Of a DNA stretch of 39,348 bases, positions 35,491 through 39,348 are shown in pieces. The stretch comes from Limisphaerales bacterium (lineage in GTDB: Bacteria; Verrucomicrobiota; Verrucomicrobiia; Limisphaerales; UBA11358). A model generated the notes under the pieces. That model did not search any database, was not told where the DNA came from, and was given only the letters and a program-made list of their open reading frames with translations. The DNA lies in the NCBI GenBank assembly GCA_050737335.1, contig JBOHXA010000516.1, positions 1 to 39,348 on the forward strand, written 5' to 3'. The translations under genes and the position numbers were made by a program. The stretch's first letter is position 1. Each line of letters opens with the position of its first letter.

Positions 35491-37614
35491 ATGCATATTG
35501 CGGCTTTCATTGCCTTTTCCGCCGCGCTCTTCAGCGCGGCTTTGGCGTTCATTGTCGCCTGGCGCGGCCACGGAACGGCCCATCGGTCTTTTGCCGCCGG
35601 CATGTTTGCCCTGGCGGTCGAAAGCCTTTTCAACGGCCTCGCAACTCTGGCCGTTTTGCCTGAAGAACAGGTTTTTTGGGAACAATGTCGCCTTGTGACA
35701 ATGTCCTTTTTGCCAGGAACATGGCTCTTTTTCAGTTTGAGCTATGGGCGCGGAAACCATCGGGAATTTCTGCGGCGATGGCGCCTGGTTTTGATTGCGG
35801 CATTTTTGGTCCCCATCGGCCTTGCCGTCTTGTTTCAGGCCAGACTCATTTCAGAGATCAATCTGGCCAACGGGAACAGGATTTTCGTCCTGCGTGAAGT
35901 CGGTGTTGTGATCAACCTGGTTTTTCTGGCCGGCGCCGTTCTGGTTCTGATGAATCTGGAAAGAACGTTTCGTTCCGCTGTCGGCACGATGCGCTGGCGA
36001 ATCAAATTCATGATCGTTGGATTGGGCGTCCTTTTTGCCGTTCGTTGCTATGGCGCCAGCCAGGCGCTTTTATTTCATGCCGTGGATCTTTCACTGCAAA
36101 TCCTCAACGGGATCGCTTTAATTGCCGCATGCGGCCTCATAGCACGCTGCCTGTTTCGCACCGGCCATTTTGACGTGGACATTTTTCCATCGCATTCTCT
36201 TCTCCAGAACTCCCTCACGGCCCTCCTGGCCGGCGTCTATCTGCTTGTTATCGGCATTTTTGCCAACGTAGTCGCCTTCCTGGGAGGAGACAATGCGTTC
36301 GCGGCCAAAGCGTTTTTCGTTCTCATCGCCCTGGTATTGCTCACGGTTTTGCTCCTGTCTGACCGGATGCGTCTGTGGTCCGCCCGCTTTGTGAGCCGGC
36401 ACTTTCAGCGCCCGCAATATGATTACCGGGACCTCTGGCGCAAATTCACCGAAAGCACGGCGTCCTGCGTCAGCGCGAGTGAATTGGCCCAGGCCACCGT
36501 CAAATTCACGGCAAATATTTTCCGTGTCTTGTCTGTCACAATATGGCTCGTGGATGAAAACGGCGAGCAACTGGAATTTGCCGCCTCGACCTCTCTCTCA
36601 AGTCCCAAGAAAGGCACTTTAGCTCTGAACAAAGATGAAGTCCGTGAATTGTTGACGGCGCTTAGGGATCAATCCAACCCCTTTGATATTGACCTTTCCC
36701 GCGAAAAACCCGCCGCCACGCTCAAAAAAATCCACCCCGCCGAATTTACGAAAGGCGGTCGTCGCGTGTGCGCCCCTTTGGCCGTGGCCGGACAAATGCT
36801 GGGCCTGATTATTCTGGGCGACCGCATCGGCGCCATTCCCTTTTCAGGCCAGGACCTGGATTTGCTCAAATGTATCGCCGACGAAATTGCCGCCAGCCTG
36901 TTAAATGTCCAGCTTTCAAAAAAATTGCTGCAAGCCAAGGAATTGGAAGCCTTTCAAACGATGTCCGCGTTCTTTGTCCATGATTTAAAAAATGCGGCGT
37001 CCACGCTCAATCTCATGCTCAAGAACCTGCCGGTGCATTTCGCGGACCCCAGATTCCGGGAAGACGCCTTGCGCGGCATTTCCAAATCCGTGACGCACAT
37101 CAATCGCCTGATCGAACGCCTGACCCTTCTGCGGCACGAATTGAAGATATCGCCCGCGGAAGGTGACTTGAACGACTGGCTATCCAGGTCCCTTGTGGAA
37201 TTCGAAAGGAGCTCTGGGGCTGCCCTGGTCAAAGAACTCGAGCCATTGCCAAAAGTCTCTTTCGACCGCGAACAATTGCTAAAAGTCCTGACCAACCTCG
37301 CCCTGAACGCGAGAGAAGCTTCTCCGCCAAACGGAACGATTCATATCGCCACCAGCCAAATCAATGGCTGGGCCGTTCTCTCCGTCTCAGACAATGGATG
37401 CGGCATGGACAGCGAGTTCCTCAATCGCTCGCTGTTCCGTCCGTTCCGAACGACCAAAAAGAATGGCATCGGCATTGGGATGTTCCAAAGCAAAATGATC
37501 ATCGAGGCGCATCGCGGCAAAATTGAAGTCCAAAGCCAGACTGGCAAAGGCACCACATTTCGAATCTTTTTGCCCGTCCATAATTACCATGAATCCGACC
37601 CTACTCATTGTTGA
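35491..37614 (+). CDS. prsK: PEP-CTERM-system sensor histidine kinase (PrsK-like): polytopic N-terminal domain, GAF-like region, HisKA, HATPase_c
   Basis: About 8-10 hydrophobic segments. H box FFVHDLKNAAS, N box LALNAREA, G boxes DNGCGMD and GIGIGM, then GKGTTF. ATG at 35491 chosen. Confidence 0.8.
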   Translation: MHIAAFIAFSAALFSAALAFIVAWRGHGTAHRSFAAGMFALAVESLFNGLATLAVLPEEQVFWEQCRLVTMSFLPGTWLFFSLSYGRGNHREFLRRWRLVLIAAFLVPIGLAVLFQARLISEINLANGNRIFVLREVGVVINLVFLAGAVLVLMNLERTFRSAVGTMRWRIKFMIVGLGVLFAVRCYGASQALLFHAVDLSLQILNGIALIAACGLIARCLFRTGHFDVDIFPSHSLLQNSLTALLAGVYLLVIGIFANVVAFLGGDNAFAAKAFFVLIALVLLTVLLLSDRMRLWSARFVSRHFQRPQYDYRDLWRKFTESTASCVSASELAQATVKFTANIFRVLSVTIWLVDENGEQLEFAASTSLSSPKKGTLALNKDEVRELLTALRDQSNPFDIDLSREKPAATLKKIHPAEFTKGGRRVCAPLAVAGQMLGLIILGDRIGAIPFSGQDLDLLKCIADEIAASLLNVQLSKKLLQAKELEAFQTMSAFFVHDLKNAASTLNLMLKNLPVHFADPRFREDALRGISKSVTHINRLIERLTLLRHELKISPAEGDLNDWLSRSLVEFERSSGAALVKELEPLPKVSFDREQLLKVLTNLALNAREASPPNGTIHIATSQINGWAVLSVSDNGCGMDSEFLNRSLFRPFRTTKKNGIGIGMFQSKMIIEAHRGKIEVQSQTGKGTTFRIFLPVHNYHESDPTHC

Positions 37615-38983
37615 CGACGACGAGGAAATTCGCGCGCAAATGAAATGGGCGCTCTCTGGCGACTATGACATTGTCCTGGCCGCTGATCGCGCCTCTGCCG
37701 TCGAAGTCTTTCGCGCTGAAAAACCCGCCGCCGTCCTGCTCGACCTTGGCTTGCCCCCCAATCCTGGCACGCCGGAAGAAGGGCTGGGCGCCTTGTCAGA
37801 TATTCTCGCGGCGGACCGTTTCGTCAAGGTTGTCGTCATCACCGGTCAAAACGAAAAGGAAATCGCGCTTCGCGCCATTGGCGGCGGGGCTTACGATTTC
37901 CTGTGCAAACCCATCGAGATGGATGAATTAAACCATCTGTTAAAGCGGTGCTTTCACGTGTCGAAACTCGAAAAGCAATTTTCGGAACTCCAAAACCTGA
38001 CCGGTAACAGCGATTCTTTCGAAGGAATTCTCGGGAACAGCGCGAGGATGCAACCGATTTTCGAAATGATCCGCAAAGTTGCAACCACAGACGCGCCGGT
38101 GCTGATATTAGGTGAAAGTGGAACCGGAAAAGAAATGGTGGCACGCGCAATCCATAAAAAGAGTGACCGCCAGAAAGGCCCATTCGTGGCCATCAACTGT
38201 GGCGCCATTCCGGAAAACCTTCTGGAAAGCGAGCTGTTCGGGCATGAGCGCGGCGCTTTTACAGGCGCGCATGTCCAGCGCCCGGGACGCATCGAAACAG
38301 CCAACGGCGGGACGCTCTTTTTGGATGAGATTGGAGAGATGCCGCCCACTCTGCAAGTCAAGTTGCTTCGGTTTTTGCAGGATCAAACCATCGAGCGGGT
38401 TGGCGGGCGCGAGGAAATCCAGGTCAATACCCGGGTCATTGCGGCGACCAATGCTGACCTGAAGAAAAACATGGCGTCGGGCGTTTTTCGCGAAGATTTG
38501 TTTTATCGCCTCGCCGTCGTCCAACTTTTCTTGCCTCCTTTGCGCGAGCGGGACGATGACATTCTTTTGCTCGCAAAATTTTTCCTTCATCATTTCGCAA
38601 CAGACGCCGCCAAGGACGGCCTGGCCTTTGACACCGATGCGCTACGCGCCTTGACCAAGCATCCCTGGCCCGGCAACGTGCGTGAACTGGAAAACTGCGT
38701 GCGCCGCGCAGTAATCCTCGCCGAAGGCAAACGTGTAAGCGCGCGTGACCTCGAACTGAAGGCCGGGGACATTGATATCAATGGCGCTGTGACCATTCGA
38801 GACGCGCGCGAGGCCGTCGAGCGCCAAATGATTCAGCAGGCGCTACGCAAATACTCCGGCAAAATTGCCCCGGCCGCCGCGGAACTCGGCCTAAGCCGCC
38901 CCACAATTTATGAGCTGATGGACAAGCTCGGCATTGCCCGTCACGGCGCCGAGCTTGCCAAAAGCGGAAAGAATGGATCTTAG
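37589..38983 (+). CDS. prsR: Sigma54-dependent response regulator (PrsR-like, NtrC family)
   Basis: Receiver domain (LLIVDDDEEI, LLDLGLPP). AAA+ domain with GESGTGKE, ESELFGHERGAFTGA (GAFTGA loop) and LFLDEIGEM. C-terminal Fis-type HTH (AAAELGLSRPTIYELMDKLGI). Overlaps prsK by 26 nt. Confidence 0.85.
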   Translation: MNPTLLIVDDDEEIRAQMKWALSGDYDIVLAADRASAVEVFRAEKPAAVLLDLGLPPNPGTPEEGLGALSDILAADRFVKVVVITGQNEKEIALRAIGGGAYDFLCKPIEMDELNHLLKRCFHVSKLEKQFSELQNLTGNSDSFEGILGNSARMQPIFEMIRKVATTDAPVLILGESGTGKEMVARAIHKKSDRQKGPFVAINCGAIPENLLESELFGHERGAFTGAHVQRPGRIETANGGTLFLDEIGEMPPTLQVKLLRFLQDQTIERVGGREEIQVNTRVIAATNADLKKNMASGVFREDLFYRLAVVQLFLPPLRERDDDILLLAKFFLHHFATDAAKDGLAFDTDALRALTKHPWPGNVRELENCVRRAVILAEGKRVSARDLELKAGDIDINGAVTIRDAREAVERQMIQQALRKYSGKIAPAAAELGLSRPTIYELMDKLGIARHGAELAKSGKNGS

Positions 38984-38988
38984 CTTGA

Positions 38989-39077
38989 AGGACATGCACC
39001 CCACCTGTCAGTTCGGCGCGCAATGTACGCGCAATCGAAACATGGCCGGAGGCCAACGCAACTGACAGGTAGGGTGC
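38989..39077. repeat. Hairpin element copy 1 (18-nt arms 38996-39013 / 39060-39077)
   Basis: GCACCCCACCTGTCAGTT pairs with AACTGACAGGTAGGGTGC, with one C-A mismatch on the + strand. The 46-nt loop contains the sub-hairpin GCGCGCAATGTACGCGC. Confidence 0.7.
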
Positions 39078-39148
39078 CTGCCTTTTATCCGGTTCCGGGA
39101 TCACTGATCCCCCAAGGGCGCAAACCAACTCAATCACTGGAATGGTCC

Positions 39149-39238
39149 AGGACACGCACCCCGCCTGCCAGTCCGAACGCAAAGGCCGCGACGTCAAAGA
39201 GCCTGAACGTTCAGCTAACTGACTGACAGGCAGGGCGC
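39149..39238. repeat. Hairpin element copy 2 (18-nt arms 39156-39173 / 39221-39238)
   Basis: GCACCCCGCCTGCCAGTC pairs with GACTGACAGGCAGGGCGC, with three A-C/C-A mismatches on the + strand. The 5' arm plus leader is 23/27 identical to copy 1, 160 nt upstream. The loop contains the palindrome CTGAACGTTCAG. Confidence 0.7.
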
Positions 39239-39255
39239 GCGTCTTGCAACAAACC

Positions 39256-39348
39256 TTACCTTAAAAATGCCTCGTGCAACCCGCCATCAACCGTAATGAT
39301 TTGTCCGGTTGTCTTGCTTAAGCGCTGCGAAACCAGAAGAAAATACGC
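39256..39348 (-). CDS. 3' end of a short-chain dehydrogenase/reductase-like gene (partial, runs off window)
   Basis: The reverse-strand translation AYFLLVSQRLSKTTGQIITVDGGLHEAFLR-stop matches the typical SDR C terminus (..FL.S....TGQ.I.VDGG). Only 30 codons are visible. Confidence 0.5.
   Translation of the reverse strand, partial: AYFLLVSQRLSKTTGQIITVDGGLHEAFLR

Noticed and set aside
39023-39226. 67-aa + strand ORF spanning the two hairpin elements
   Set aside because: Its sequence is dictated by the inverted repeats, it has no RBS, and its composition is biased (R/T/P/S-rich). The RNA-structure signal explains the region better.
1-39348. Search for CRISPR arrays, transposases/IS ends, phage genes, toxin-antitoxin or known defence systems
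   Set aside because: None found. Every ORF of meaningful length on the + strand is accounted for by polysaccharide or exosortase functions. The only repeats seen are the short ones reported above.

Overview
This window is one co-directional (+ strand) cell-surface polysaccharide locus of about 39 kb that ends in a complete PEP-CTERM/exosortase module. Gene order: WbpB-like oxidoreductase (5' truncated) and WbpD-like acetyltransferase; FemAB-related GNAT; GumC/Wzz-type co-polymerase with a degenerate kinase-like domain; CE4-like/GT4 fusion; GT2; Wzy/O-antigen-ligase-like membrane protein; secreted beta-helix protein; Zn-ribbon SAM methyltransferase; GT2; two uncharacterised proteins; canonical AsnB amidotransferase; a second FemAB-like GNAT; a tRNA-Thr(UGU)-like gene inside the operon; a Cys-less AsnB paralogue; GT4; GT2; Wzm/Wzt ABC exporter (Wzt carries a C-terminal glycan-binding-type domain); GT2; GT4; GT2; RmlD-like SDR. 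The exosortase module follows: outer-membrane beta-barrel, exosortase, PrsT-like TPR lipoprotein, a PEP-CTERM (VPDGG variant) substrate gene with a sigma54-type promoter and its own terminator, PrsK-like sensor kinase and PrsR-like sigma54 activator. A convergent SDR gene fragment closes the window. I saw no transposase, integrase, CRISPR array or rRNA. The most unusual observation is the non-canonical tRNA wedged between a FemAB-fold (aminoacyl-tRNA-transferase-like) gene and AsnB-type ATP-dependent amide-forming genes. This suggests an undescribed tRNA-linked aminoacyl decoration of the exopolysaccharide (hypothesis). A duplicated, covarying hairpin element lies in the 3' intergenic region. 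The VPDGG-type sorting signal weakly hints at a Verrucomicrobia-like origin. All product calls come from reading motifs in the supplied translations, not from database searches.
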